Part shown: one piece after another, positions 36,001-47,500 of the stretch
Position numbering within the stretch: position 1 is the first letter of the stretch
Layout: every line of letters starts with the position of its first letter
Source: Botryllus schlosseri
Lineage: Eukaryota
NCBI GenBank assembly: GCA_051294905.1
Contig: CM119377.1
Coordinates: 4,898,001-4,962,000, forward strand
Length of the DNA: 64,000 bases
Direction: 5' to 3'
Made by a program: the position numbers and the translations under genes
The notes under the pieces: model-generated
Seen by the model: the letters and a program-made list of their open reading frames with translations, nothing else
What the model was told of the DNA's origin: nothing
The model's database searches: none

Positions 36001-39000
36001 GTTGCTGACCGTCACTCCTGACGAGTGTCAGCCGAAAACGTTCAGATTTATTTCAATATGTATATATTATTCGATTGTATATTAAATTTCTGTACCGCCA
36101 AGAAGATCTTAAAGTCAAGATGTTGTATTCTAGTGATTCTGAACCTTTTTTAGTGGACCGGCGAGCCTCCAAATATCAAAAATAACCCCAATTTATGAAA
36201 GCAAAAATTGGAAACTAAATATAATGAGAAAGTTTGCGTTGGATTTTTGATATTGCGTTATACGTGGATTCTGCAAGGCATAGTCCCGTTAAAACAACTA
36301 ACTTTATTGTGGTTGTTCGGATTCTGGATTTGGATTACAGATAGTAAATCCGCTCACCCGGCTCAATTTCCCCCGGATCGCGAATCCTATTTTGTGTTTG
36401 CAGAAAGTCGCTGTCGTCCTCTGACGAACTATCTGAAACGGTCATCGCCATGGGTGACGCGCTGGCGCCCGGCGATTGCCAAATTGCGGTTAGCGGCACC
36501 GAGTTCGCGGTTGTCAGAGAGTATTTTCCGCAATTCGTCAAAGCCATGGCGGTGCAGGGTGAGTGGATGTATGTCACTTTTTAGGAGTTGATTTTCAGAG
36601 GTGCTCTGTAGCATTGTTCAAAAATAACTTTTTTCTTCCATATTCTGGGGATTCACTGATTAAATTGTTAGGATGCCTGAAAAAAAAAAACGCTGCACAC
36701 CGAATTTGGCTGAATTCGAAGCAGTAGAAGCCTCAACATAGCCAATTAAATTAAGTTGTTGCAGTTCCAAGTTTTGAATTTGCAAAAATAGCATTGACAG
36801 TACTGGGTAATCCCAGAATTTTTAATGAAAATCTCAAATAACTTCGCTTCTACAGGTTGGAATTTGTCAAATTCGTTTTGCATCGTTTTTGTAGACCTCA
36901 ACAGTTCCATAGGTTTGACAGTGGAGTTTGGGGATTCACTGCCAAAATTATTTTTTTCAAACTCCACTGTCAAACCTATGAAACTGAGGTCTACAAAAAC
37001 GATGACAAATCGAATCTCTCAGTTACTCGATTTTGCCCAGCCCTACTTATGATTATACAGATCAAAATCAATAACAATTATGACATGATAATAGTATGAA
37101 TCAAAATCAATAACAAATATGACATGAAGACCCAGTGTGTATCCAGTAACTAGCCGCATGGTCAATAATAATGTTACTTGCATATATTTCGGGTCGTGTC
37201 GGCATACCGCTGGACTCATTTGGCAAGGACAGGATTATTCGGCGCTTTGACTTGTAAAATCTTAGATTTCGGCTAATATGCGAAATATTGTTCTTTTTGG
37301 TCATATATGACGACCTACGAAAAATGTGTCTGGCCCCTGTCCAGTGTGCATGCCAATGCGTGGGAACTGATATCTTGGTCAGAAAAATCCCAAGTTTCGC
37401 GATCAAGCTAATAAAATTTTGGTTATTTTGTTTTGGTGATTTTTATTTTGATAATATAACTAATTGCAATATTACCGCGCGGGCCACTCAAATCCTTCTT
37501 GCGGGCCACGGTTTGGCCGCCCCTGTTCCAGTTGAAGTAGTTTTTAACACATCTTGGAAATAGTCACATCTATATTGAGTCTTCTCGCCTTCTACTTCTA
37601 CTTGCCCGCTGCTTCTACTCAGAATTAGTACAAATTTAAGGCTATACTTCTATTAGAGTGCCAATGCTGACTAACTCGACCGCCCCGGTTGCTTTCGCAG
37701 GTGCTATTTTCGCGCGCATGTCTCCCGGTCAGAAGACGCAGCTGATGGAAGAGTTGGAAGGGGTCGGCTATCATACGCTGATGTGCGGTGACGGCGCCAA
37801 CGACTGCGGTGCGCTTAAACGCGCCCACGTTGGACTTTCTCTATCGGAACTGGAGGTTGGTTGTGTGGGCTGAGCTGTTTGGAATGTGAGAGAGAGCGGC
37901 TGCCTTTTTTGTGATTTTCCTTAGTAGGACGAATTCAGTGAATTTTATTGTCGTTGCGTTGCCGTAAAAGGAAATTCACAGAAATTGTATTGTAAATAAG
38001 GTCCGCATGGCCCAGTGGTAGCCTGGAAATTTCAGTCGTGACAGTGATGAGAAGCTGTTACCTAAGTGCTTATCACTTACCACTCCTATGCTCCACATAA
38101 ATCAATCCCAACGGGACTGAAGTACTTATGGCAATTGAAGGAGTCATATTATAATTGAATAGGCCAACCAATATTTCTACAGAGACAGATGTTGGTAGGA
38201 CTCTCGTTCATTATTCTAAACAAATGTCGTTTGCTCTGTTCAATTTACGCTTGAACATGATAACCCAACAATTAATGGATGTTGTGTTGTGTTTGTGTAG
38301 TCAAATGCCCGCTTTTTAGGTTTTATTCGTAATAATTGGCAATGTTTTTATTTTAACGCACTGCGTTAATACTCCACTGACTTGTTTCTACTTCTTCGGA
38401 GTAGATGCTTTTAAGCAAGAATAGTGATTTTCTAATATATTTTCATCACATTATTGTATCTTCTCCAATTTTTTGCTACCCTTACGCAGGCATTGAAGTT
38501 ATTCAGATTACAATCTTCTTCCCAGGCATCTGTCGCAGCGCCGTTCACCGCAAACATCGAAAACGGCATCGGTTCCGTCGTCACTCTGATGCGCGAGGGC
38601 CGCGCCGCGTTGGTCACGTCTTTCGGAATGTTCAAATTCATGGCGCTCTACTCCATGATCCAGTTCACCACTATTCTGCTGCTCTACCGCAACAACACCA
38701 TCTTGTCGGACTACCAGTTCCTCTATATCGACCTGATCGTTATCGATTTCATCGCCATTACTATGTCAAGAAATCACTCTTACAAGTATGTGCTTATTCC
38801 CTTTGACACTGACATTATTATAAGGGATGGGCAAAATTATATACATGCATGACTCGTTTCCGGCTGTGGTATAAGGCGTTGAGTATTCGAGCAACAGTCC
38901 TTGCATTCACCAAGAGAATATTGCCAGTTTAAAATCACACTAACGATGATAATTTGATATTGTCATCCCAATGTCTACCCATTTCATTGCACTTTGTGAC

Positions 39001-41053
39001 AATGCTGCAGGTTAATCATGACTTCTTAGAAATATCGATTCCAGTTTTATGTGTAGCTTTGTGCTATATGTTTAGATGTAGTGTCACTACTCGATTGCGA
39101 ATCATTTCCATACTCGATTCCAATTCCAGTAAACGAATCATTTCGCCCAGCCCTAATTATTAATAATTACGCTTCTTCAGAACTCTTCATCGTAAAAAGC
39201 CTTCTTCAAGTCTCGTCAGTTTGGAGATGCTCGTCAGTCTGCTGCTTCAAATATTCCTTCAAATGGGGCTGCAGGTGTACGCTTACATCATAGTACAGCG
39301 GCAGTGCTGGTACAGAGACCCGATTCTCGTCAACACAACGACAGGTTGGTGAGGATTATTAATATCAACGATTCTGTGATGCGGAATATATGTATCGGCC
39401 ATTTTATTTGTTATTAATAGTTAGAGATATTCGACTACAAGTAGAAGAAGCAGTGGTGGGTTACTGCCAACGTTGCATGAAATGATTCAACATGTTAGGA
39501 CTTTGGATTTTATAAAGTAGAATGCAGGGTTATAACCAAGTCACAAGGCTCCGAGCCAGAAGTCAATTTCACTTTTATAGTTTTGACTCGAGTCAAGTCA
39601 AGTCATTTTTAATTCACCACCAAGTCGAGTCCAAGTCAGTGAGCGTAGGGTCGAGTCCGAGTCGTGGTATTATCACTCGAGTTTGAGTCCAGGTCATTGC
39701 GTTGACTGCTCAATTTGAGTTGAAGTCTTGTTAAAACCAGTTTTTATAACTCTGTTTGGTGATATCAAATGGTTCGCATTTAAAATATAATAATTTTCTT
39801 CACTTTTAACAGTTTCTGGTCGCAGTTTCAAGCACCAGTACCAAAATACTTTACTATTCTTCGAAATAACAATGTAATGTCGGTCTTGGCAGTCTGAGAC
39901 TCGAGTCGAGTTATTTGCGTATTTTGAGAGAATGACTCGAGTCAGATCGTGTCATCAGAAAATCCCGACTCGAGTCGTTACAACCCTGGTAGAAAGTAGG
40001 CTAGGACATGCTTCCCTCACCTTTGAAATTCTCATAATTGGTAAAATAGCCTCTGTATCGTGGTAAGTGATTACTGATTATATTTTTGGAAATTGCGCCG
40101 ATTTAACGTGGGATTTGCGTTAGCCGTGAAGATGGCACCTTCGATCGGCTGCTAAAAATACGCGACCTCTCGTTCAAATCTACATTTTGTAACTACTTTA
40201 GCAATCTTCAAATCTTCATTTACTACTTCTACTTGTTATTGAGTAGAAATATGCAGTGTCACTTGTGCTCGTGTATCTACGATGACAACTTTAACCACCT
40301 CTTTTCATACAGGAGAAATCATAAATGAAGATCACGGTACAGCGTTTGAAATCAATTCGACTGGCGGTCCCATCGCTACGACTTCGAATTCCGTTTCCTG
40401 TCCGTCATTGTCCAAGGCTGACAACGTAACTGTAAGTAGATTCGGACAATCCGTTGAATCGCTTAGCGTCAGCAAGTCTCTTTTTTGTGATACAGTCGTA
40501 CGAGGAGGACACGCCGAAGACTTACGAAACCACGACGCTGTTGTACGTTTCGACGTTCATGTACATGTCGGTGTCTGTCGCGTTCTCTCATGGAAAGCCT
40601 TTCCGTACCGCCATCTATAAAAACCGATGGTTCTTGGGCAGTCTCGTGGTGCTGATCGCTTTCACGCTTTTTATGATGTTCGGAGCTCCGCTAGAATTCA
40701 ACGAATTCATGGAGCTGTGGAGGATACCGGATATCGATTTTCTTTTCGTCTTATGCGCTATCGTGGTAGTGCACTTTTTACTGTCTCTTCTTATCGAGAG
40801 GATCTTCATCGAAAACCCGGGCATGTGGCAAAGAATCAAGGCGGCTTGCTCGCGTGGGAACAAAATTCACAAGAAGCAATACAAGAACATCGAAGAATAC
40901 CTAAGCGGCGGTCATAAGAATGGATTAGCTAATGGAACTTACAGCTCGGTCTCGGACGTAGCTGTTCCGTCGCATTACGATGGCCGCGAGGTGTTCTCCA
41001 AAATTCCTGTGCAAACTCAAAAATCTGACGGGAAGATCCTTACTGAATTATGA
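16761..41053 (+). CDS. ATP13A3: P5B-type ATPase (ATP13A2-5 family polyamine transporter), 23 exons, 1326 aa
   Basis: Phase-consistent GT-AG exons: 16761-16887, 21171-21280, 21344-21475, 22672-22772, 22837-22966, 23997-24131, 24628-24786, 24972-25092, 25517-25636, 26826-26982, 27822-28011, 28681-28857, 30992-31249, 32001-32087, 32889-33095, 34171-34330, 35517-35715, 36404-36558, 37701-37855, 38526-38785, 39181-39344, 40313-40431, 40496-41053 (3981 nt). Motifs [43 protein letters not shown]. The exact orthologue within ATP13A2-5 cannot be resolved by eye, and exon 1 is less certain than the rest. Confidence 0.93.
17678..18977. mobile_element. Foldback/MITE with ~250-280-bp inverted arms in ATPase intron 1
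   Basis: Arms about 17678-17928 and 18698-18977 are inverted homologues with GGTGAACTCGGC / GCCGAGTTCAC near the ends. Confidence 0.6.
17963..18389. mobile_element. hAT (Charlie-like) MITE
   Basis: TIR CAGTGGTTCTCAACCT / AGGTTGAGAACCCCTG, perfect TSD gactagac (17955-17962 / 18390-18397); internal ~100-bp tandem duplication. Confidence 0.92.
22095..22335 (-). mobile_element. Penelope-like 3' fragment with hammerhead (core mutated to CTGGCGA)
   Basis: Hammerhead motif 22127-22160 on minus; the upstream minus frame reads [14 protein letters not shown], resembling the C-terminus of PLE GIY-YIG domains. Confidence 0.7.
23411..23450 (-). ncRNA. Minimal type I hammerhead ribozyme, all core nucleotides intact
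   Basis: Minus-strand RNA UAUUCCC-CUGACGA-GUGUCAGCC-GAAAAGCUUC-GGGAAUA: 7-bp stem I, G-C-closed stem II, palindromic stem III AAGCUU, UUC cleavage triplet. Confidence 0.75.
26372..26700 (+). mobile_element. tRNA-derived SINE, subfamily 2 (different 3' half)
   Basis: A-box TAGCGTAATGG, B-box GGTTCGATCCC, CCAAAGAC core shared with subfamily 1. The distinct 3' body (GGTGGTGCAAGACTTAGAAAGC..CATATGCAC..GTGTGTATGTAT) recurs at 33278-33972, 34570-35210 and 52770-52965(-). Confidence 0.8.
29001..30266. mobile_element. hAT-type MITE (CAGAGG termini, AAGTAGAAGT subterminal repeats) with nested SINE
   Basis: CAGAGGTAGTCAG / CTGACCGCCTCTG termini; TSD attatggt / attctggg (6/8); 5'-truncated subfamily-1 SINE at about 29847-30071. 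Confidence 0.7.
32339..32500. mobile_element. Inverted pair of Penelope-like terminal repeats forming a hairpin, with a hammerhead motif on each strand
   Basis: 32339-32467 is a near-perfect inverted repeat; minus core 32367-32400 (C17 to G), plus core 32411-32440 (GAAA to CAAA, stem I 5' strand lost). Confidence 0.75.
33278..33972 (+). mobile_element. Subfamily-2 SINE interrupted by a hAT MITE
   Basis: tRNA head with B-box GGTTCGATCCC; the body resumes after the 33536-33896 insertion. Confidence 0.8.
33536..33896. mobile_element. GACTCGAGTC-family hAT MITE
   Basis: Right end GACTCGAGTCATCCCAACACTG; left end GTTGGGATC (first bases lost); TSD gtatgtat at 33528-33535 / 33897-33904. Confidence 0.8.
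34505..35331. mobile_element. CAGAGG-family MITE containing a SINE fragment that contains a hATm MITE
   Basis: CAGAGGCCGTCAG / TTGACCACCTCTG termini; TSD aggcaagg / aggcacgg (7/8). Confidence 0.75.
34639..35158. mobile_element. hATm-type palindromic MITE
   Basis: GGGTGTTCAAAAATGACTTTTT / AAAAAGTCATTTTTGAACACCC termini, long internal inverted symmetry, perfect TSD gtgtgtat (34631-34638 / 35159-35166). Confidence 0.9.
35840..36115 (+). mobile_element. Penelope-like 3' fragment with hammerhead core (stem I broken)
   Basis: CTGACGA gtgtcagcc GAAAACGTTC at 36018-36043; stem III palindrome AACGTT. Confidence 0.7.
36613..37050. mobile_element. hATm-MITE-like fragment with internal hairpin
   Basis: Starts TGTTCAAAAATAACTTTTT as at 10195 and 34639; inverted repeat at about 36877-37013. 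Confidence 0.55.
39525..39988. mobile_element. GACTCGAGTC-family hAT MITE
   Basis: CAGGGTTATAAC / GTTACAACCCTG termini; TSD gtagaatg / gtagaaag (7/8). Confidence 0.88.
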
Positions 41054-42635
41054 CGAATATACTTTGATATATACTTGATTTCATCGTGCCATTCTCGTAT
41101 AGGCCTAGTTTATACAGATGTCTGTCGTTTGTGTTGATGTTGCTTTTATTTAATACAAAAGTTCCCAGCAATTGCAATTGACCTTACAAACGAGGCAACT
41201 GTGAGTGTATCAAGGTCACCTTTGAGTGAGTGGGTTATTATTTTGGCAGTTACCAGACTGGGACGTTAGATTTGAGTGAAAACCACAGAGGTCCTTGTCT
41301 TTATCCCAAATCATCTAATTGCAGCAGCCTACGTATGAGGTGAAATAAACTTCAGTGTCCAATGTACATTTCGCTGATGCTGAATTCTCAGATGAAATCA
41401 GGGATATTTAGCTATCCTTGAATGATATCCATCCAATCGTATGTAAATTGCTGGGAAGTGAATGCTTTCAGAATCGATGGATATGAAGTTTGGTTACCGA
41501 TTCCCACGAAGTCTCCGGATGCTGGCGATCTATCGACTACTCGAGACCTATCATCTGGAATGCATTACCACCACATATCCGTGAATTGCCTTATAATAGA
41601 TTCAAAAAAGCCCTACTTGATCACCTCTTGTTACACTAACACTGTTGCCCTACCTCGCCCAGACATTGCTTCATAGATCATTTGCTAGCATCGTTTAATT
41701 TTTTTCTGTTATATTTTTTTAACTACCGTAACATTTTTTACAGCCAGGCTGTTAGAGTCAAGTGTACCTGTTTGATGCTGGTGTGATCAGACTAGATGAC
41801 CTTCACGGTCTTATCGATCATTCCTATCTAATACCGAATACTTTGCATGCATATTTTCTGTACCACCACCACTACCGTGTGTTATGTATTTTGATTGGAT
41901 GAAAATAAAGACTCTCTCTCTCTACAGTTACACTTCATATTTCGTTATTCCGCACGTAGCCTACAAAATACGGTATTGCGGTTGACAAAAAGGGAATTAC
42001 GCGTCGATTATAGTGTGAAAGTGGCCGGTCTGAATTGTTACAACTTTTCTATTTGTTGCGACAAGTCTCGCCCAAACACTTTAGTAAAGAAGGATGGATG
42101 GCCGAACACAAACCATAGCCTGTACATAGCTATTCATGCGCAAACGGTGGCCTGTCGGGTTGAATGTCTGCAATAATATGTAAAAACGGCCGCATGCCAA
42201 AAACGTGGTTTTTATCTGTTACATATTACATCCTAACGAGCACCGTAGTCAAAGCCCGAAAAGTACAATAACAACAACCACATGGGGTTTATGAACAATA
42301 TTTCGACACCTCCCAGTCTGATGCTGCTATCGTGGCCTTAGTGGAAGACGCTTATATCTCGTGTGCTTTCACATTAATTTACCCTACTTCAACATAGTCA
42401 CTGTAATTATTTAAATGTTATTGGTCATGATTAGCTGATAGTGTTCTACAATGTTCTTCATTCATTAGTTTGCGAATTCCGTCATTTTCAAACGCTATGT
42501 TACCTTAGTCTTTATCAAGGCCATGATATAATTACGCTACTGCATAAATACATTTATCAAACACTCGCACTTGAACTCGTTTGACGCGTAGATTCGCATG
42601 TCCTTCAATCAACCATCTACTTGATTACTCAGATA

Positions 42636-44056
42636 AGAGGTGGTCAGTAACGAAGTACTTCTACTTTTTGGAAGTACTCAAGTAGTTTTCCTCTACTTTG
42701 GGTACTTACTTAAGTAGATCTGATTTTCTCTGCTTCTACTTCGTAATATTTTGTGATCGACTTAATTGCTTCTCGCTATTTTCAGTTTGTCAAGTAGAAG
42801 TAGTTTAATCCCCAATACGTAAGATAGCCTGAGGAATTTCGGCGCTGTTTTCACGGAGTAACAACATTTAATATTCTAAAAAGTCAAGTAATGCCCAGAA
42901 ATTTTGGTGCACTTCGCGCACAGTAGTTATGGAGTCACATGTGTTTGTCAAAATTGTTGATGTAAGGTGTTCTTTCCAATTCTCTACTATAGTTGCTGAC
43001 GATTAGGCTATAGCCTACCCTTGACGAGTGTCAGCCGAAAATATTCGGGTTCATTTCAATATGAAGATATACTATTCAATTGTATACGAAAGTATCAGCG
43101 AATATGATTTAGGTACCGGATTGCTTAGGACCGCATTGTCGTCCATATCAAATATTTCATCACAGTAAATATGGCCAACCATAACGCTTGAAACTACCGT
43201 TTCGCAATCTAGCATTTGCCTATCATAGGTATATCGTAAACTAGCAGCCCATGACGTGTCCTGCTAATCTGGAAAATCCGGCTTTTTCGGAACGTTACAC
43301 CTGTTTTAGCAGATCACCTTTGAAGCTTTATGGACAAAAGACATAAAATATATTTTCCGCTTTTTAGAAGTGGTATTTGCATTTCACTTTCAATTCCGAG
43401 TATTATACATTGAGTTCTAAGTACATTCAGTTCTTTTGTCTGCAGAACATTCATGTTGCAGCGAAAAAGAAAGTGTAGTTTTGCCTCTATTTTCCGAAAA
43501 TAAAGCAACACTAAATATAAATTTAACGATCCACAATATTTGTTATCAAAGTAGGCCTATACTAATTGCGCAAAGTATTTAAACCGTATCCGATACAACT
43601 TCTCTGTATTGCTCTTCGCCTAAACTTGGCCTTGTGGCCTTATATTACGGGGTAGGGCGCCATGCTATGAAGTTCTCTAAAACGGGGTCTTCAAGTAAAC
43701 CGAGGGTTAGTATCGCATTTTCATATCAATACAATTATTTGCATCCCATGATGCGAAAGAATGCATATTCTGTCGAAAATTAATACCTCCTGGATTGCAT
43801 CAATATGAACCAAGCTCTCTATACCTTACGCATAGCTCAATTTGCAGCTTTTGGCAGTCCATGCCAACGAATTGAGACTGTTTTCAAAACTACTAACTTA
43901 CTTGAGTAGATTTAAAGTCAGGCAATTCCACTTTTACTTCAAGTAGTTTATGTTGCTTATGGAAAAAGTACTTCTACTCGTACTTGAGTAGATTTTTTTT
44001 CGTCGCTACTTCTACTTCTACTTGAGTAGCTCTCTTGACTACTTTGACCACCTCTG
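42636..44056. mobile_element. CAGAGG-family MITE (composite) enclosing a Penelope-like repeat
   Basis: AGAGGTGGTCAGTAAC start, TTTGACCACCTCTG end, AAGTAG/CTACTT subterminal repeats; TSD not convincing. Hammerhead copy at 43017-43050 (C3 to U). Confidence 0.55.
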
Positions 44057-44582
44057 TGTAGATCAAACAATGAATAAACACGAACAATCGAACATGTACG
44101 ACGGACATAGGCAGGATGGCAGAATTTAAGCAATGACCTGGCGACGTAGATGCACAGTTTTGATATGGATGAAACTGATATTTCAGTGTCTAAAATCTAA
44201 AATTTGTTGATAGGTCGAGTCAGTCAATTCATTTCTCTCTACCTTCACCGGAGCGTATCAAACATTGGATACAATACCCTTTACCGCTAGCGGCAGCAAG
44301 TTTATTTTTCTACGGAGGCGGAGGCGTTACTCGCGTGATTCGTACGAAGAACCAGAATTTTCCCAGTTAGTCGAGACCTTTTTCCCCTTAGCCGATCTCT
44401 TATAAGCGTTTTAGGTGCAGAATACGCAATACTACTTTCAAATTACAGGTCTCTTGTTGATTCTGTGACTGCATATCAGAGTAATCGATACATAGGGGTT
44501 CTGCCTGTTGTACTCTCCAATAATACCCCTGTGGAAGTGGAACTTTATATAGAGAACTGGAATACTTTGGTGTGAGCGATTG

Positions 44583-47500
44583 ATGGCAACTGCAGCGGAC
44601 CCACTGTCTGCGGGCGAAAGTAAGTTGTTTAATTTTTACCGCACCGTGACTGACTAACCAACTTGAAATATTCTATATTTATAGACAATGAGAAGAACGT
44701 AAAGGCAGAGGTTGGTGTCCATTATCCTCTCTCTATTGTTAGTGTTAGGCCTATTCGATTAATATAACATGCAGACTATTTAATACACAGTCGCAGCCAC
44801 GGAACGAAAATATGATGATGAAATAAACTGTATATCGATGTATGCTACAATTCATCTTACTTAACCCTGGCCTGAATGTAGAATCATGATGATAATTCAT
44901 TGTCCACAGAACTGCAGGAGCGATACTTAAATTTCGTTTCAGCTTTAGTTCAGTTGGCTGCTATCATCATCTATCATCAAAGTGAATTGGAAAATTAGAC
45001 ATTTACTGAAAGGATAGTGTTGGGAATTTCAAATTCCGAATTTGCACAACTGCTATTCCACCTTGGTCTTCTAATCTTCAATGGCTGTCGTATCATATGT
45101 AAGCCTGGGCAAAATCTAGTGCTTGAGTGATCAGTATCGAGCGTAGAGTCGACTATTTGACTGTCGCCTATTTTTTTCATCACAATAGTAATACTGACTG
45201 GAAAAGCTTAATACGTATCAGAAATATTTTCGACTTTCTTGACCATGACAACTGTTTCATTTCGCTTTGTGACATTGGTATGATTGGATCACTAATTGAA
45301 AGACCTTTTCTTTATATGGAGAGTCGTAGCCTTGTGCAACATGTGTTTGTACGCTACATAGCTACAGATGATATTCTATATAGGGTCTCATGCTGGGCAA
45401 AAACTATCAAAACTATTTCATGTTGATAAAATAATAATGATACGTGAATCGTTGTGCTGAACCTTCATCGTCTCCATTAGAATATTAGAATTTTTTGTCT
45501 ATTTATGTCGAAGCTTTCTTTGCAATGATTATGCAAATCTTTTGATCACTCTCAGCTATCACCACTGTTCTTGTTGTTGATTGTAATAGCCTCATTACAT
45601 GTATTCCTGTATGGAATTGGAATTGTATCTTGTTTCATTTTTTTATTATTTATTATCAGATTAGTCGAGCTTGGAGAATCATAGCTGCTCGCATATTATA
45701 TTAGGCAAAACGTACCGAGATTCCAGTTAGGCGGTATTCAATTGGCAATTAATTGTGGCTGTGTAACTTGGTCATTTTTGTCAGGGTCATACTCTGTATG
45801 TTCCAATATACCACTAAGTGTGGTAGCATGATACACTCCCAAACCCATGTTTCAGATGCAGTACAATTTTAGGAAAAACATGTGATCCAGAACAGTGGTT
45901 CTCAACTTTTGACCTTGTGGGCCAGCAAAACACGAATGTAATTGTTGCGGACTGGCAAACTTTGAAAATCAAAATGAACCCAAATTGCAATTACTACACG
46001 TTTGCAACTAAAATGTAAATATTGCTGCATTTTGATATTAGACATGCTATATGTGATCCAATTGATGTTTCTACATGGTGAAGGGCTGTTAAAAACCACC
46101 AACTTGAGTTTGATTGTTTGGTTTCTTCTGAAAGGAATGCAAGTTTGCCGTTTGCTAGCCTCTATGCTAAATGCTGCTAAATTGTACCGTGGAAATTTAG
46201 CAAACTTTGTAGCGTTCACATAACTGCCCCTAAACGAGTTTTAGGCTACTTTTAAAAGTTCCGTGCAACACTTGTATGTAGCAAAGTTTTGTTAAGTGCA
46301 AAGCAGCTTTGAATTGAACAACATCATATTCACCTGCATTTTGTGGCCTGCAGAAGATTTAAATTGATATGAACCATATTTTGTCGCATACCCAGTAGTC
46401 TATTTGCTGTAATTAATTGTTAGCCAGAACATGCATGTGGTGCGCCTAGCTAATATTGCGAATGTGCTTTTAGCATGTAACAAAAAAGAGGACAGTTATC
46501 AATATTCAATATCATCGAGTTATTGTCTGCTTATTATCCTTGGCTCAAGCTTTTAATGTTGAACTAGTCAGTGGTCACATCAAACACATATTTGGTACTA
46601 ATAGTAAGAGTAACCATCAGTAATATTTTGATTACGCGGCAGTCAATGCCTTCTGTGGATAATGAAGAAAATGTGATGCTTTGTTGATCTATGTATGGTT
46701 GTAAGAAGGAAGTATCGAATTGTGTGAATGACTTCATCACACTGACGCATGGCAGTCTACCGACAGAAATATATGATGGATACAGGAGGTTAGGTTGAAC
46801 TTCTGACTTATTGCAATCCTGCAAGCCGGTCCAAATGGTCCCTACAGTCTTTCAACACCGTCTTGTGTCCTCTGATATGGCAGTACATTTATTTCTTGTA
46901 AAGATGAAAATGCCTTAATCCATAATGGTTTTGTGCAAAGCTCAAGTATGAAATTGGTTATGGGTAATTGAATTGAGAACCAACCATTCGCCTGAGCCTC
47001 TTAATCAATCTTGGCTGATGTCATTGACTTGTGTTACCAGCTGTGTTACCGTACTCATTTTCAAACCATATTCAGTCATGTTTGTCATCACTCCCATATT
47101 ATTCAAATTCCAATATGGGCACTTGTGCAGTTTTAGTGAAATGACAACCCAGTTCAATGCTCACCAGCCTCAACTTGGATATGGGGATGCTTTTAAAAAC
47201 TGGTAATGTGTCGCCAACTGATTGCTCCCTCGCCCCACGCGCTTTGAAGTTTCACGCAATATTGCACCTTATGTACAATATTCAAGATTTATAGTTTGTG
47301 TGCCTAATAATATCACAACACCAAATTTATCATTGTATTTGTGCATTACGCTAATAATATGCCAAGGTTGTGATGTGACTTATTCAACTTCTTCCATATT
47401 GGAATGCCATTCCAAAGCAGACTTTATATGAAGTTGATTCATCCTCTGCCAATATGGATATCAGAAACCTTCCTGTAAATCATGCTTTGCAAGACTGCAC

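Noticed and set aside
40313-40431. Glycosylation-rich ~40-aa loop exon in the ATPase as a novel insertion
   Set aside because: A long N-glycosylated luminal loop at this position is already a feature of ATP13A3-type proteins.
44810-44880. C/D-box snoRNA candidate (ATGATGA...CTGA) in PIP5K intron 2
   Set aside because: No terminal stem or recognisable rRNA complementarity; such boxes are frequent by chance in AT-rich DNA.
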